A DNA stretch of 63,356 nt, the filler included, from Asterionella formosa (Eukaryota), in assembly GCA_002256025.1 (NCBI GenBank). It is 17 parts of 17 records of this genome, joined end to end, with 100 filler letters (N's around TTAATTAATTAA, not from the genome) between each part and the next. Parts side by side here need not be neighbours in the genome. Positions count along the whole stretch, not along the records: positions 39,030 to 40,970 come from NKIB01000814.1; positions 41,071 to 43,010 come from NKIB01000815.1; positions 43,111 to 45,047 come from NKIB01000817.1; positions 45,148 to 47,084 come from NKIB01000818.1; positions 47,185 to 49,120 come from NKIB01000819.1; positions 49,221 to 51,155 come from NKIB01000820.1; positions 51,256 to 53,190 come from NKIB01000821.1; 10 more parts are not named here. One strand, 5' to 3'. This document shows, piece by piece, positions 38,930 to 52,099 of the stretch (position 1 is the first letter of the stretch; every line of letters begins with the position of its first letter). The notes below the pieces were generated by a model, which was not told the DNA's origin, searched no databases, and saw nothing but the letters and a program-made list of their open reading frames with translations. The position numbers and the translations under genes were made by a program.

Positions 38930-39029
38930 NNNNNNNNNNNNNNNNNNNNNNNNNNNNNNNNNNNNNNNNNNNNTTAATTAATTAANNNNNNNNNNNNNNN
39001 NNNNNNNNNNNNNNNNNNNNNNNNNNNNN

Positions 39030-39896
39030 GGTGATGTATGCATCGATGTAACCTTATCATGATATCACAGTATCATCTTATCAATCATGATGAGATGATT
39101 GGGAAGCAACTGTATTCTGCATCGTGCTACAGGGTATATTATTATATCACGCAATTTAGTAGCGAAGTCACTCCGCCTGTAATGTACTAAAGTCGACAGT
39201 GCACATACCGGGTACCGGTACTCAAACGCTAATCAGGTTTGAGGCAACGGACAGTGGTTCGAACGAGCGAATGATGATACGGTACCAATTTTTCCAACGA
39301 AAGAACTTGTCTCTCTATTGATGAGGATGACACGGACATGGACACGGACACCGACTTTTCCAGGAGCAAACAACAATGAAGAGACCCACTTGTCGCTCTA
39401 TTGATGGTAACAAAGATGCGGACAAGCAAGTTCAACAGTGAATACAAGAACAACATACCATTGAAAACAAGTCGACAGTGTGTGCACGCACACGCCAAGC
39501 AAGTTTTAGGCAACAGACAATTCCAACAAGCAAATGACGATACTGATATCAAATTCTTCCTACGAGCAAACAACAATGAAAAGAGCCACTTGCTTTCGCT
39601 CTCTTGCTTGTTGGTATCAAAGATGCGGACAAGTTCAATAGTTAACTCAAGTACAGTATGCCAAATGCAGAAACGAGCGAACGATATGAAAATGAAATGC
39701 GTTCTAATCAGAATCATTCTATAACTATAGCTATGTGGACAGCAGTCTGTTACGCACATTTTCGTATCTCCTTCTATGCTGAATCTCAATAGTAGATGTA
39801 GTATCATGTGAGAATTGAAAATGTCAACGAGAACAAGTACCGGTAGAATGTGTTTGTTTACGGGTTGATTGGCGAGATTGTCATGCTGAAGTGGAC
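39030..39896 (-). repeat. Dispersed repeat of at least 860 bp, copy 1 (non-autonomous element)
   Basis: Reverse complement aligns closely with 55702-56558, with a sharp boundary at GTCCACTTCAGCATGAC. Confidence 0.92.
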
Positions 39897-40305
39897 AAAA
39901 CAGATTACTTTGTGTGCAAAATCGGAAGTTGGTAGGGTTTATAATGTCGTTTATTTCTCCGTTCTGAATGATTGGACCATTAATAGCAGCAGCATCATGA
40001 TCTACTAAACTATCAAGGAATAAACCATTATCATAGTCATCGGCATCAAAACAAACTGTTTGAACGAAATCAATGGCTGCTGGCGATTGTTTCAGGAATT
40101 TTGCAAGGGGGTCTTGAGAGTGGTGTCGTCCATCTCTTCGAGAAGTCGCTACCATTGATGATGTCTGCGATGCTTGAATCTGAGATTGAATCATATCTTG
40201 TTGCCCACACGAGGGGCTGTGTCTGTGATGACTACGAATTGATTTAAAAGGACCTTTACCACAGAATTTACATTTGTCCTCGTCGTTATTGTCACACAGA
40301 TCCAT
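39897..40305 (-). pseudogene. Zinc-finger N-terminus of a probable transposase (Plavaka/CMC-like), interrupted by the repeat
   Basis: MDLC...CKFCGKGPFKSIRSHHRHSPSC followed by an acidic region; coding character ends at the repeat boundary. Confidence 0.45.
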
Positions 40306-40726
40306 GATATTTACTGTCGTTGCAGTGCTGTGTTGGCGAGAGAAAAATAAGAATAACAGGTAGCTAAAATAATGGACCTTGTTCGGCACATATTTGGCAA
40401 ACAATACTACCTGGTACCATCCTCATCAGTAGACATAATTCCACCAGTGTTGATTTTGAGTAATAATAATCACGTAAAAAAATTGGGTTGCCTACCACTG
40501 GCTAGTAGTACATTTACCTAGTACCGGTAATAACCTACATAACATGAAAACTGGGAAGAGGGAGCTTTTTTACCGGTAAGTGTGAGTTCTTCATATGATG
40601 TGTACAACCGTAAAACTTTGATCTCAGATGGATGACATTAGACACCACAAATATCCTTACTATTTCATTAAGTAAAATGCGTGTTGTGAATGTATTAGCC
40701 TCAAGAGCAGGATCTTAGTTGAACTT

Positions 40727-40970
40727 TCAAATGAATTATTTGAAACATCAACTAATTCAGTCTCGCGTTCAAAATTCATTGTGAAAACTTCACATGAAAC
40801 AGTTAAAACTTCACATGAAACCGTTAAAAGTAACCTTTTTACGTGAAGAGTGGCATTAATGCATGTGAAGTACCACATAATTAACACTCGTACGTAGACG
40901 AAATTTCGAAAAGTCAAATGAATTATTTGAAACATCAACTAATTCAGTCTTGCGTTCAAAATTCATTGTG
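40727..40970. repeat. AT-rich subterminal/satellite repeat with 187-bp period
   Basis: CAAATGAATTATTTGAAACATCAACTAATTCAGTCT at 40728 and 40915; 40876-40914 also matches 43111-43149. Confidence 0.8.
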
Positions 40971-41070
40971 NNNNNNNNNNNNNNNNNNNNNNNNNNNNNN
41001 NNNNNNNNNNNNNNTTAATTAATTAANNNNNNNNNNNNNNNNNNNNNNNNNNNNNNNNNNNNNNNNNNNN

Positions 41071-41330
41071 ATTTCAAATAATTATGTGAAGTATTTCAAA
41101 TAATTATGTGAAGTATTTCAAATAATTATGTGAAGGTGATCACATAATATAGTGATGATCAGGAATGCATGCATGATACTTTGATCAAATATTTAACGTG
41201 ATGTATTCAAATTATATATAGATATATTCAACTACGTATTTTGATGTATTCAACTAATTCATGTGATGCATTCAAAATCAACTAGGCTTATTTATGTGAT
41301 GGTCACTTCATGTAATACGCGGCTTAGATG
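41071..41330. mobile_element. DNA transposon end: 22-bp subterminal tandem repeats plus terminal CGCGGCTTAGATG
   Basis: About three copies of ATTTCAAATAATTATGTGAAGT. The terminal 13-mer is shared with 43159-43171 and abuts unrelated sequence. Confidence 0.6.
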
Positions 41331-41847
41331 TGTGGAACAAATGCACACCATCAAAATGGTGTAGCAGAACGGGCTATTAGAACAGTATCTGACATGGCAC
41401 GCTCAATGATTCTCCATGCTTCCAGTCATTGAAAAGGAGGGATCGACAGCACACTTTAGCCTATAGCAGTTACTTACACTGTGCACCTTTACAATCATAC
41501 ACCAAATAATCATTCCTTTTGCCCAGCTGATCTCTACACTGGAAGCACAATTCCCAGACATTGACTGCGAGATCTTCACACTTGGGGATGTCCAATGATT
41601 TCTTGACCCAACTCTTCAATCTGGGAAGAAATTGCCTAGATATCAACCACGATCACGACGAGGTGTGTTCCTTGGATTGAGCTCCATTCACTCCAGTGAA
41701 GTCCCCTTGGTCCTTAATTTGCTAACTGGGAGTATTACCACTCAATATCATGTGGTTTTTGACGACAGTTTCTCCTCGGTGGCGTCAATTGGAAAAGATG
41801 AAGACCCTCCTGAATACTGGGACGGTTTGTTTCTGGAAAATATGATG
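41331..41847 (+). mobile_element. CoDi-type copia integrase C-terminal fragment, pseudogenised
   Basis: AHHQNGVAERAIRT, LHTWGCP, KKLPRYQPRSRRGVFLGLS..HSSEVPLVLNL.TG.IT.QYHVVFDD; in-frame stops. Confidence 0.9.
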
Positions 41848-43010
41848 CTGTGTAACAAACTGAAGGAATTGGATTGGTTATTACTGAGCTACCTTTAGGC
41901 ACAAACTTGGCTAAGCCACAATCAATCAGCTTGGCAGTATAGTTCTGATCAAGGCAGATATTAGCTGACTTGATGTCACGATGAAACAGAGTGTGGCCGT
42001 CCTGTTTTATAGTATGAAGAAAGTGGATGGCAGAAATAATTTCGTTCATGATTCGAAGTCGTCTCTTACTTGAGAGTCTTGATCTTTTTTGTCCACTCTC
42101 ATAGAATGATTCAAGTGACCCCTTGGATAATAACTCATACACCAGGTATTGATCAGATACCACGTGTTGATCAGATGAAACAGGGGACAAATGATAGCCA
42201 TACAAAGTTACAATATGAGGGTGTTTGAACCTCTTTAATACCTGAAACAGTATGATAGAAGAATGAGAAACATAAAAGACTTAAACAACATGCAATAGAT
42301 GATACTATAGATGAGCTTACCTCCAATTCTTTTATAAAACTCTTACTCATTCCTTTTTTCTGATCTTCCAAAAAAGCTAAATTGAAACGAAGACATTTCA
42401 CAGCAAAATACCGATGGTCATCCATGCCTTTGTAGACAGCACCAAAAGAACCATGACCAAGTTCTCTCTTTTCAGCAAAGCTGTTTGTACAACTTATAAT
42501 GAATTCCTTAGGAAGCTCGATTGGTCTTGAATCCACATTGTCCATAGCCTCCTTCATTTTCGACCGACCTTCAGAAATGAGTTCAGTTGTGTTGGCTGCT
42601 GTTGGCTTGCGGTTCTTGTTTGCATCAACCAGTTTTTGAATATCATTTAGTAAATTATTACCAATTGAATTACTTTGGAGAGAAATTGTAGTCAAGACAG
42701 TATTGACCTTGAGAGCCTCTGCAATGGCCTTGGCTCCGTCAACACCAATTGAATTATTAGAGAGATAAAGTGTAGTCAAACTTGGATCATTCGCTTTCAA
42801 CCGTTTGACATCTTCTTCCCATTCAGGCATCGTGAATGTTGTTGGAGTTGTTGAAGAAGAAGGATGTGCTGCATTTGTTGTTGTTGTTGTTGTTGTTGAT
42901 GACATTGGCTGAGTTGTGTTGGCTACTGTTGGTTTGCGGTTCTTGTTTGCATCAATGAGTTTGTTTATATCATTTAGTAAATCGTCACCAATTGAATTAA
43001 ATCCGAGATA
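41848..43010 (-). CDS. RNI-like LRR plus IRAK/Pelle-like protein kinase; 5' partial, kinase truncated at the copia fragment; intron 42242-42320
   Basis: NDPSLTTLYLSNNSIGVDGAKAIAEALKVN, LGHGSFGAVYKG, FAVK, ELE|VLKRFKHPHIV, YLVYE, FHRDIKSANI, KLIDCGLAK; no subdomains VIII-XI. Confidence 0.85.
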
Positions 43011-43110
43011 NNNNNNNNNNNNNNNNNNNNNNNNNNNNNNNNNNNNNNNNNNNNTTAATTAATTAANNNNNNNNNNNNNNNNNNNNNNNNNNNNNNNNNN
43101 NNNNNNNNNN

Positions 43111-43171
43111 CATAATTAACACTCCTACGTAGAACAAATTTCGAAAAGTGGCATATTTCGCGGCTTAGATG
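43111..43171. mobile_element. Second DNA transposon end with terminal CGCGGCTTAGATG
   Basis: Shares the terminus with 41318-41330 and subterminal sequence with 40876-40914. Confidence 0.6.
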
Positions 43172-44460
43172 TTTGTCTGCAGCGGGAGAGTCCTCGGGAT
43201 GAGGAACAGCGGCCCTTACGAGAGTACTACCAAATGCATCTTTGGCTGCGCCCATTAACAGGACATTAGCCATCGCGATTTTTGCCATGCCAGTCTCCAG
43301 GGGCTTAAGCCTGATGACATCGGCAAATGCTAATTTCCACCTAATGTAACGGGTGTACCTCCTGCCAATTGTCCTGCATTCAATGCCAGCGATTTTGTGC
43401 ATGATTCAAGGAATGTTTCACAATACGATTGACCCAATGGGTCAATACGAAGCTTGTTGGTAACATACTGCTTCAAGATCTCGTAGTTTTTCAGAGCGGA
43501 CGCATTTGGGTGGTCAGCACAGCCCAGAGAAGCATGAGTACCTCAATGCAGACCACTTCCGAGCAAAAGTAGTGCACACCAAGTTGCCCTGCTTTGGCGT
43601 CCATGTTTGCTCATGTTGCAAGTGCACCACAAAACTCGGCAACTTCAAACAGTGAGCTACCTTTTGCAGCATTCAGGGTACCTACCATCAGACCTCCGCC
43701 CCACAACTGCGGTAGAGGATCAATGCCGGCATTTTGGCATGTTACCCAACCACGCGAGGGGGAGGTTGCAACTCCTCATCTTCCTTCGACTTGTACTGGT
43801 AATAATCAATGTCTCTATCCGTTCCCAGTTGCTCTTCGTCTGCCTCAGATAGAAACCACCATTTTTGCTGTGAGCGCATTGTACAACGAAACAGTGTCAG
43901 GTCCTTTCCGGGAACACCGGGCATACCCGTCAGCTGTAATCACTCCTGCGAATTCGAATATTCCGTTGACGAATTGGAGACCTCCTGCTTGAGACACCTC
44001 GAACATCTTTGGTGATTTTTGCATGCCTCGATACAATCCTTGAGCTATTCCCAACCAGTTAGTCTCAAGGGAAGTGATCGAGACGTGATCACATCAAAAT
44101 CAGACCGCGCCAAACCGAATAAAACTTATATGTCTGCTTTCGACGACGAGAGACAACGAGACGATCAAAGATTTTCTGCAAAGACTCGCGACGACAGGTG
44201 ATGATCAGCTCCGGTGGTTGTTTCTTGATGGATTCATCGGTGAAGCTGTTCATGAAATCCATCACAGCTTGTGACACCATGATCGCATGATCTTCCATCT
44301 CCTTCGCAGACGACTTGTCATCGTTTCCAATTTGTTGACTGGGAACGGCATCAAACGAGTGCGTTCAGAATCTGATGCCAAAACTCCAACAAAGGGAAAA
44401 GCGGTGTGTTGATCCTGACTGACAAATAGTCAGCAAGCGTTGAGAAGCCGCCTTCGTTGT
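43172..44460 (-). pseudogene. Degraded coding-like sequence, family not recognised
   Basis: Consecutive protein-like minus-strand segments broken by stops and frameshifts. Confidence 0.3.
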
Positions 44461-45147
44461 GCATCGTAATTGCAGAGGTGGTTGGAATTACTACATTCCG
44501 CGTGACTGCAGCCAGCCAGCAGTTCGTTTGGATCAGGCTTTACATAGTACAGTGCTCTGGATGCTTCCGGTTCCAGAACTCATCAAGGCTTTGTATACTG
44601 CTGGCTTGGCTTGGCTTTTCTTGGGTATCTCTTCACACAACTGCAGCGTTGTGAACCAGCAGTTCAGCTGCTACTGCCATTGCCACTGCTGTCAAATCCT
44701 GATTCATCATTAGAATCAGATGACCACAACACTGAGTTGGATCCAGCAACGAGTGAAACTACCAGTATTACTTCCTGACTTGGAGGCTACCTCATTTATT
44801 AGAAAAGACCAACAAAGCTATGCTTGCATGGCTTGGTCACCGTGATCTCAGTCTCGCTACTGCTCGTTCGTGTGCTTCCATGGGGGAAGGAGTCCATCTT
44901 GATGGATTCTGGAGAGAACCTCCACTTGGATCATTGAATCAAACTTTATCACAAGAAAGGAACCTCGATTATCGAATGGCTAGACATGAGAAGCGGCCAC
45001 AACGACGACATTGAAACCAGCCACACAGCAAATACAAATTTATTGTTNNNNNNNNNNNNNNNNNNNNNNNNNNNNNNNNNNNNNNNNNNNNTTAATTAAT
45101 TAANNNNNNNNNNNNNNNNNNNNNNNNNNNNNNNNNNNNNNNNNNNN

Positions 45148-47084
45148 AGAGAGCTCAAGACAATGGAGAGTACCATCAACTGCCGGAACCATCCACCTGA
45201 CCTTGCCTTGACCTTCAATTGATAATCCTGCTGCTAGTCCTTTCAGTGTGACAGGTATGGCCAAGGGGGTTATCCCATCAACAAAGCCCTGGATATTGTG
45301 ACTGACTGTACTGGATGCTCCTGTGTCCCAAATGAAGGAGAACTGTGCTGCTGAGGAGAGCCCAAGGACAGTAGTTGGAATTTTAGTGGCAAGACAACAA
45401 AATGGACTTGGGGCTGGATTACTACAGGAAGCAATTGGATAGAGAAGACTCCGAGCCTGACACGAATGTTCAATATTTGATCTGAATAGGTTTTTTTTTC
45501 CTGCGATCTGGGATGAGTAAGGTACATGGGGAGTCTTGAAAACAATTGACTGTGGAACAGGGTCAGTGGCTGAGATAAACTTGGGAGCCTTCCTGATACA
45601 GTCAGACCTGCATTGTCGAAGCCGAAGTGGATGTGAGTGAGAGACAATTGACATGAGACTGAAAGGCTGCTGGAGTTGCTTCTGATGTCGATAATAACGG
45701 CGACATGTAGACCAGTGCAGCAGCTTGACAGGAGGGTGGGGATGAGCATAGCGCATGAAGTGAAGCCAGAGCACTTGAGAGAAGACAACCAACCAGAAGC
45801 ACACACAAAGTCCCAGGGAAGCAAGGACATGGTTGTGATTCAGAAGACTGATAAGAGGGAGGAACTCAAACGAAAGGGTCAATCTCTGACAAAGTATCCA
45901 AAGAAGAAATGAAAGTGGATCGGGCCCCCCCCCAACCCCCAGCAAGTCAAAATTGGGTTGCACAAATTCCAAGTCCATCATTGACACCAGCAAGGTTTGC
46001 ACTTATAACAGGTGCTTCAATGGCAGGAGCAGGTGTGGGGGGAGCAGGAGAAGCAGGAGCAACCGCATTTGGAGGTTTTCCATGAGTAGATCCAAGGTGC
46101 GTTGAGGTCCAAAGTCCCAGGCCTTTGCGACACTTGTTACAGAAATTGAATGTTTTATCACCAACAACTTTGACAGTTGGATCTCCAGGCTTGGGTGCTA
46201 CTTCGCGCCAGTTGTGCTTCTTAGGATCTGTGGGCTTGGGAGGAGGAACAGGCACATCACTACCAGGTTTAGCAGCAATGGCTGCTTGAACAAGGGCATT
46301 GAATGATGCTTGGTCCATTCCAGCATAAAACAGGGAAGGGGCCTGTTGCATATCTTTTACAGTGCTGGCAGGGGACCAATCACCATTGTCCAAGAGAGAG
46401 CGGTAGGCTTCTTCAGCAAGATCAAGGATAGCTGTGTAGTGAAAACCCTTTTTGACCATGAACCTTTTGGCTGAATCTTTGGATAGGTAGGCTGAGTCTG
46501 AGAGAGCAGAGTCAAGGTCAAGACGCTTGGGATGCCAAATGGCACGAAAACTCTCAACTGAAACCTGACAGAATGCCTTAATGATTGCCAACACTAACAC
46601 CCATTCAAACTGATGGGCATTTTCAAGTTCACGGCAAATTCTGCGGATCTTGTTTGCATAAAGTGAGACACTTTCACCAGGTTCCTTAATTGGAGACAGC
46701 TGCTTGAGTTCATCTTTGTTCTTTCGGTTGAATCGCTCAACAGATCCACTGCTAACCAGACAAAGGATGCGCATCCAGCCAGGTAACGGCAGCAGAGTCA
46801 GCACCTGGTTCCTGACGAAGGTTAAGTTCCTTGAGGAGTGAGGGATCAAGTGTGGATTCAAGATACAAGCGAGCAGTTGTGTCATTGTCCTGGTCATAAG
46901 AATCAAATTTGTTCTTGTAGTACTCAGATTCGTCAAGGACATGGGAAAGGGTGACCTGCTCAAAGTCCTTGATGACATTGACCATATTGGTGTCATCACT
47001 GAGACTCTTGACATACATGATGGAGTCCATACCTGTGAGTTCAAGATGTGCCAAAACCTTAACACCATAGGAGTATAGGTCTAG
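45148..47084 (-). mobile_element. CoDi-type Ty1/copia gag-protease fragment (different subfamily)
   Basis: HLELTGMD, EPGESV..YA, gag zinc motif FNFCNKC...WTSTHLGSTH, protease FIWDTGAS, LKGLAAGLSIEGQGKVRW; frameshift near 46770. Confidence 0.88.
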
Positions 47085-47184
47085 NNNNNNNNNNNNNNNN
47101 NNNNNNNNNNNNNNNNNNNNNNNNNNNNTTAATTAATTAANNNNNNNNNNNNNNNNNNNNNNNNNNNNNNNNNNNNNNNNNNNN

Positions 47185-47360
47185 GAAAGATTAAAATTGG
47201 CAACTACGTTTCAAAAAACGTTTTGGGGATTTTTCGATTTTCACTTGTAGCTACTATCTCGAGCAAAATACAGATTCGGAGGACCCATTTTTCTTCGAAC
47301 CATCTATTCTCAACATACTACATACAAAGCACGATATGACAGTAGAAAAACGGCAACTTG
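47185..47360 (+). repeat. Dispersed repeat, copy 2
   Basis: Aligns with 17278-17449. Confidence 0.85.
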
Positions 47361-49220
47361 CGTTCAATAATGGAATGCGCAACCCCGAAAGTTGCAATGA
47401 AGAAAACAACGGTATGATTGGTTTGAAGATTATAACTGTTAAACATCCGGCTGTATGGCCCATGTAGGCGCAACAACAGTAGAAAGTATACTGAAAGACC
47501 ATTACTCTATTCACATTATAATTATGATAGAGGTGGCTTGCTGTATTCGGTTTCCCGCAAATATTTGAGTGGTAGGCTGATGCGATAACAGCATTTGGCG
47601 AAATGTGCATGTATGCAATGAATATGCATTTGTTAAATTGGTTTCGAATAATTTATTAATATGCTAATACTTCAATTACAAAAACCGAGTATATGCTCAC
47701 ATCTACTATGTAACTCATAAAAACGCATTTTTTTGGAGTAAACCGACCCTCACGTAGAAATTTGGTGTATTGCCTACGTAATCCTTCATATGCAAACAGT
47801 CAAGACACTAGTGGTGCCAGCGAATCGATGCAACCATTATTGGACACAGGGAGTACCACACTGGCGAGAACAACAACAACAACAAATCATCGCTGATTTA
47901 ACCACAATCAACACATCGTCAAACCCTCATTTCACCAACATGGATTCATGTGACCATCGCCCACATAACATCATATCATGTCTAGATGCTAATGGTGAGG
48001 TAAAACCATAGAAATACTTTGCAGGAAAAAGTATCTAATTCCCAAATAGGAATCATAATATTTCATTTATAAAAGTAGTCTAATAGAAATATTTTACTCT
48101 TTTTGTTATGGTTTTGTCATCCTACATCACAGTAGATGGGTAGTTGACAACATTTAGGATTTCCCAATAACCGATAGCATCGTTTTTGCGTCAGTCTGAC
48201 CAAAACCAAAACCAATCCAAAAATAAGTTTTTGGGTCAACAGTTAGCAACGGCCTAATACATTTGAAATATGTATAAATATTAACTACCTGTACTGGTAG
48301 ATGGGCTAGCTACCTGTACCAGGTACCCCTGGTACCAGTCTATATGGTATATCGGTAGCAGGCAGCCGGTAGCCGATAGCCAGTAGCTGGCAGCTATAAC
48401 TAATAGATCTACCGGTACCTGGCACTCAAGGTTACCAGGAGTACCTGGGAGACTAAGTTGATTACCGCATATCCTAGCTTAATAATTGCTAATATGGAAC
48501 CAAAAGAAGAGCATAGTCTCAAGTCTAAGGGGCAATCTTAACAGAGATACAAAAATTAAAAAGGTTGCTCAGCCCAGTATTTTGTACTATCTCACACATC
48601 CAGGTGGTATGTTTCTTCCAGCAACAAATTATTTGTTTCTCCGAAATGTGTATTTTTTTGTTTTGCTGCCGATACAGTGTGAACCAACACTAATCTTGTA
48701 AAATTAAAATATGTCATGTATTTAATTAAGGTTCCTGCATTTCAACCCTAAGGCAAAAATAAAATATTGCTTAGGGTTGCCGAAATTCCCTGGAACTGAG
48801 ATTTTTTTTGAATGACATGATTTCGTTTGAAATATTCAAATCAGTGGAAATTTGCGCGTACGTACATAGATTCCTTTTTGAAATAGCTAAATATATAAAT
48901 AGAAATTGTGCATCACTGTATGTATATGTACCAACGATTATTCTTCTTATATACGACCCGGCGGTTCAGCAAATATTTGAAAGTGCAATCCACAAGTGGT
49001 ACTAGTAGGTACCACACGTATGATGTCCAATGATACTGGCACCTGATACCACCTAAAAACTGAGAGTCATACAAACTTTCAGTTTTGTACTGATAGTCAT
49101 AATAAAACGGGGTAATCACANNNNNNNNNNNNNNNNNNNNNNNNNNNNNNNNNNNNNNNNNNNNTTAATTAATTAANNNNNNNNNNNNNNNNNNNNNNNN
49201 NNNNNNNNNNNNNNNNNNNN

Positions 49221-51155
49221 TCTGTCCTTTCGAGGATCACAGGGCTCAGTATGGTGATGATGATACTATGTATCCTCATTACCACATCAAGACGAATTTC
49301 AGTGTTCCTTTCACTACTGACCAGTTTAAGAGTACTTGCGACAGTATAGACAAGTTACTTGAGATTGGCATGTTCAAGGATTTCCAGAGAGATCCTGAAT
49401 TTTCCATGAAGAAACTCTATCGATTGATCAACGCGTATGAGAATGAGTCCTTTCTCCCTCAACGCTATTGGTTGGTCCCTTTCAGTCCTGAGTCTATGAG
49501 TCTGATCCGTGAGGGATACAGGACTCATGTGGATTATCCACTGCTCTATTTTCTTGCTTTTTTCACTCATGTGAGCAAAAAGTCTTGAGGCTCTAGGAAG
49601 ATTGTACATTGGTCGCATCAGTGTACGTGACCCTAATGCTGATGATAGGCAGTACAAGTGGAAAGTTAGGATCACCCAAATTCCCCTTGACACCTTCGCC
49701 ACCTCTAAAATCCCTTTGGAGATCAATGAGATTATGACATTCTTGTCCAAAGCTTTTGGTAACGATTGGAATTCCGTTGTTACCAACCAAGCTCTATACG
49801 CAAATCAGCTCCAGAAGAAGCTTCATGGCAACTTTGTCATTACCATTGAAGAGAGGGAGAACTTGGAGAAGAAGTTCAAGCCCGTAGCTATGGTTGTTGT
49901 GGAGCAAAAAGAGTTTCCAACTCCTATTGCTTGTATTCACTATCTGGTGACAAGTAACCATAACTCAACCCATGATTTGCACAAGTACAAAGAACGTGGA
50001 ATGGGTCAACTGCTGATCCAAGCTGCTACTCGTCTTCGTATCGATGAGGAGGCCTGAAACTGTGCATACCCAGGATGTCCTTCCCAACATCAACCAGTTT
50101 TTGCGCAGGTGCTGGGGAATGCGGTTGAGTGGTATAAATCCTTGGGATTTGTACACTGCAATCCTATTCCTTGGATGGACAGGATCAATCATCCTCTTGA
50201 AAACCTTCTTCATGATGAGAAGAACAAGAACAATGGCGATGTTGATTCATACAATTATGGACCTGATATGCCAGAACCAGCAAATTTCGAGACGTTTCCT
50301 ATCGTGCGTTTGCGAACAAATATAGCTGGGAGTCTTCTTTCAGCCACTCATTAGGATCTTCTTGATCATCAATTGGAAGAGCAAGCCTATGTGTACTCGA
50401 TATTTCTTCCCATTGGGGGTTTCATCTACAAGCAACCAAAAGGTATGTTCGTTTACTATATATGCTGTATTCATATTCATTTATTCATTCACACATTTCT
50501 TTTTTTGCATTCATCGCCTGACAGAGGAGGTGATGAATGCGAAGGCAGCTATCAGGTCAGAGTATGCCCGCTTGGAAGTTCCTTCTTGTGCGCTCGGAAA
50601 GCGTGCGAAGAGAGGCACTTTGCAGAAGGCTGCTTCTATAGTTACAGCAGGATCAACACAGGCCCAATCCCGAGTGTTGCAGAAGAGTGTTCCAAAGAAA
50701 GCTGCAAAGACGAGGATGAAAGCTCCTCCAAGAACTGTTGCTGCGAAAGCTGTTGCACTCAAGCCTTCTGCCAAGGCTACTCCCAAGCATGATGCTACAA
50801 AAGCCATCACATCCAAGGCAGGTGCTTACAACGCTGCGAAGTCAACAGCCAGGAGCCGAGATGTTGCATCAATGGCTGTAACTAATCCTTACGAAGAATC
50901 TGAATCGGACTGCAAACCAGCCGCGATTCCCAACAAAACATAATCGAAACCAGACTCTAAACCAGCTGCCATAAACAGGAAAAAAGTATCCAAACCGGAT
51001 TCCAAATCAGCTGCCACCTCCAGCAAAATGGTCTCCAAACCGGAGTCCCAACAAGTTGCTGTGCCAATAATCAAGAAACGATCGAAGGCTACCTGGCCCC
51101 CTTCTAGTTCTATTTCCAAGAAATCACGAATTTCTTCCAAGGACAATGATGTGAT
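49221..51155 (+). pseudogene. Disrupted GNAT-domain gene with a Lys/Ala-rich tail
   Basis: IHYLVTS...YKERGMGQLLIQ (motif A-like) and NAVEWYKSLGF (motif B-like) lie in one frame across TGA 50055. Probable intron about 50442-50524; further stops. Confidence 0.55.
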
Positions 51156-52099
51156 NNNNNNNNNNNNNNNNNNNNNNNNNNNNNNNNNNNNNNNNNNNNT
51201 TAATTAATTAANNNNNNNNNNNNNNNNNNNNNNNNNNNNNNNNNNNNNNNNNNNNGTTTCCTGGGTTGTTGTTCCTAGATATATTAAGTTTTAATCTGAT
51301 TTAGCCTAAAATATTGAGACTCATAGAGAATATCTCGACGAAAAATGAGAACGATGCTTTCCTTTTTAATACATATATCTAATAAAGCATCGATAATACA
51401 ATCGTAAAAGAATAGTCCTAATTGCACTAATATTGACAACAAAAATAGAAGTTGCCGCTAGCACATTTTTTAATCTAATTAAGAGATGCGCAATCTTTAT
51501 GGACAATGCTATGAGCAGATACGACACTTATATAGTAGCTACATAACAAATGAGACTACAACAGTAGTATTAACATCAATAATCGAAGCAAAAGATGTGA
51601 AATAAAGCTATTATCTGCTGAGAAATGATTGATTGCAAACGGGCAATTTGTATTTATCAGTAGTCCTTATAGAAGCCATCAAATGTGAAGCATTTGCTCC
51701 AGTGTATGATGTTGTCAAAACTGCCAGTAATGCCCCGTATTCGTAGTAATGTGCAGCAGCCTATTCCTATTATGTACCGCTACATATGAAACCGGGTTGA
51801 TGCTACTTGGCAAGCCATAAAGAAAAATCATGGCGATTTCATAATTTCGGAGGTTCATCACTCATATATCTGTACATAAAAACTTCATAGACTTTGTTCT
51901 CCCTCTGATTACAACACGGTAGAGCTAGCAAAGTGATGAGAAAGCTTAAGTCTGGAATGCTGCCAAGATTTGCTGAGGTATTAAGAAGTTGAAAATCGAA
52001 ACAACAGCGATCGAACCCTAATCATATTGCATCGCTTGAATGGCGTCATGAAACAATATTAATTTAGCTAAGAAAACACGAGAGTGATTAGGATTTTTA

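Noticed and set aside
39229..40404. 391-aa ORF as a real gene
   Set aside because: It is a chimera of a zinc-finger stub and a repeat whose second copy is frameshifted.
10271..41135. CRISPR-like arrays (21-, 22-, 30- and 141-bp repeats)
   Set aside because: They are head-to-tail repeats without unique spacers, with no cas genes, in a eukaryotic context.
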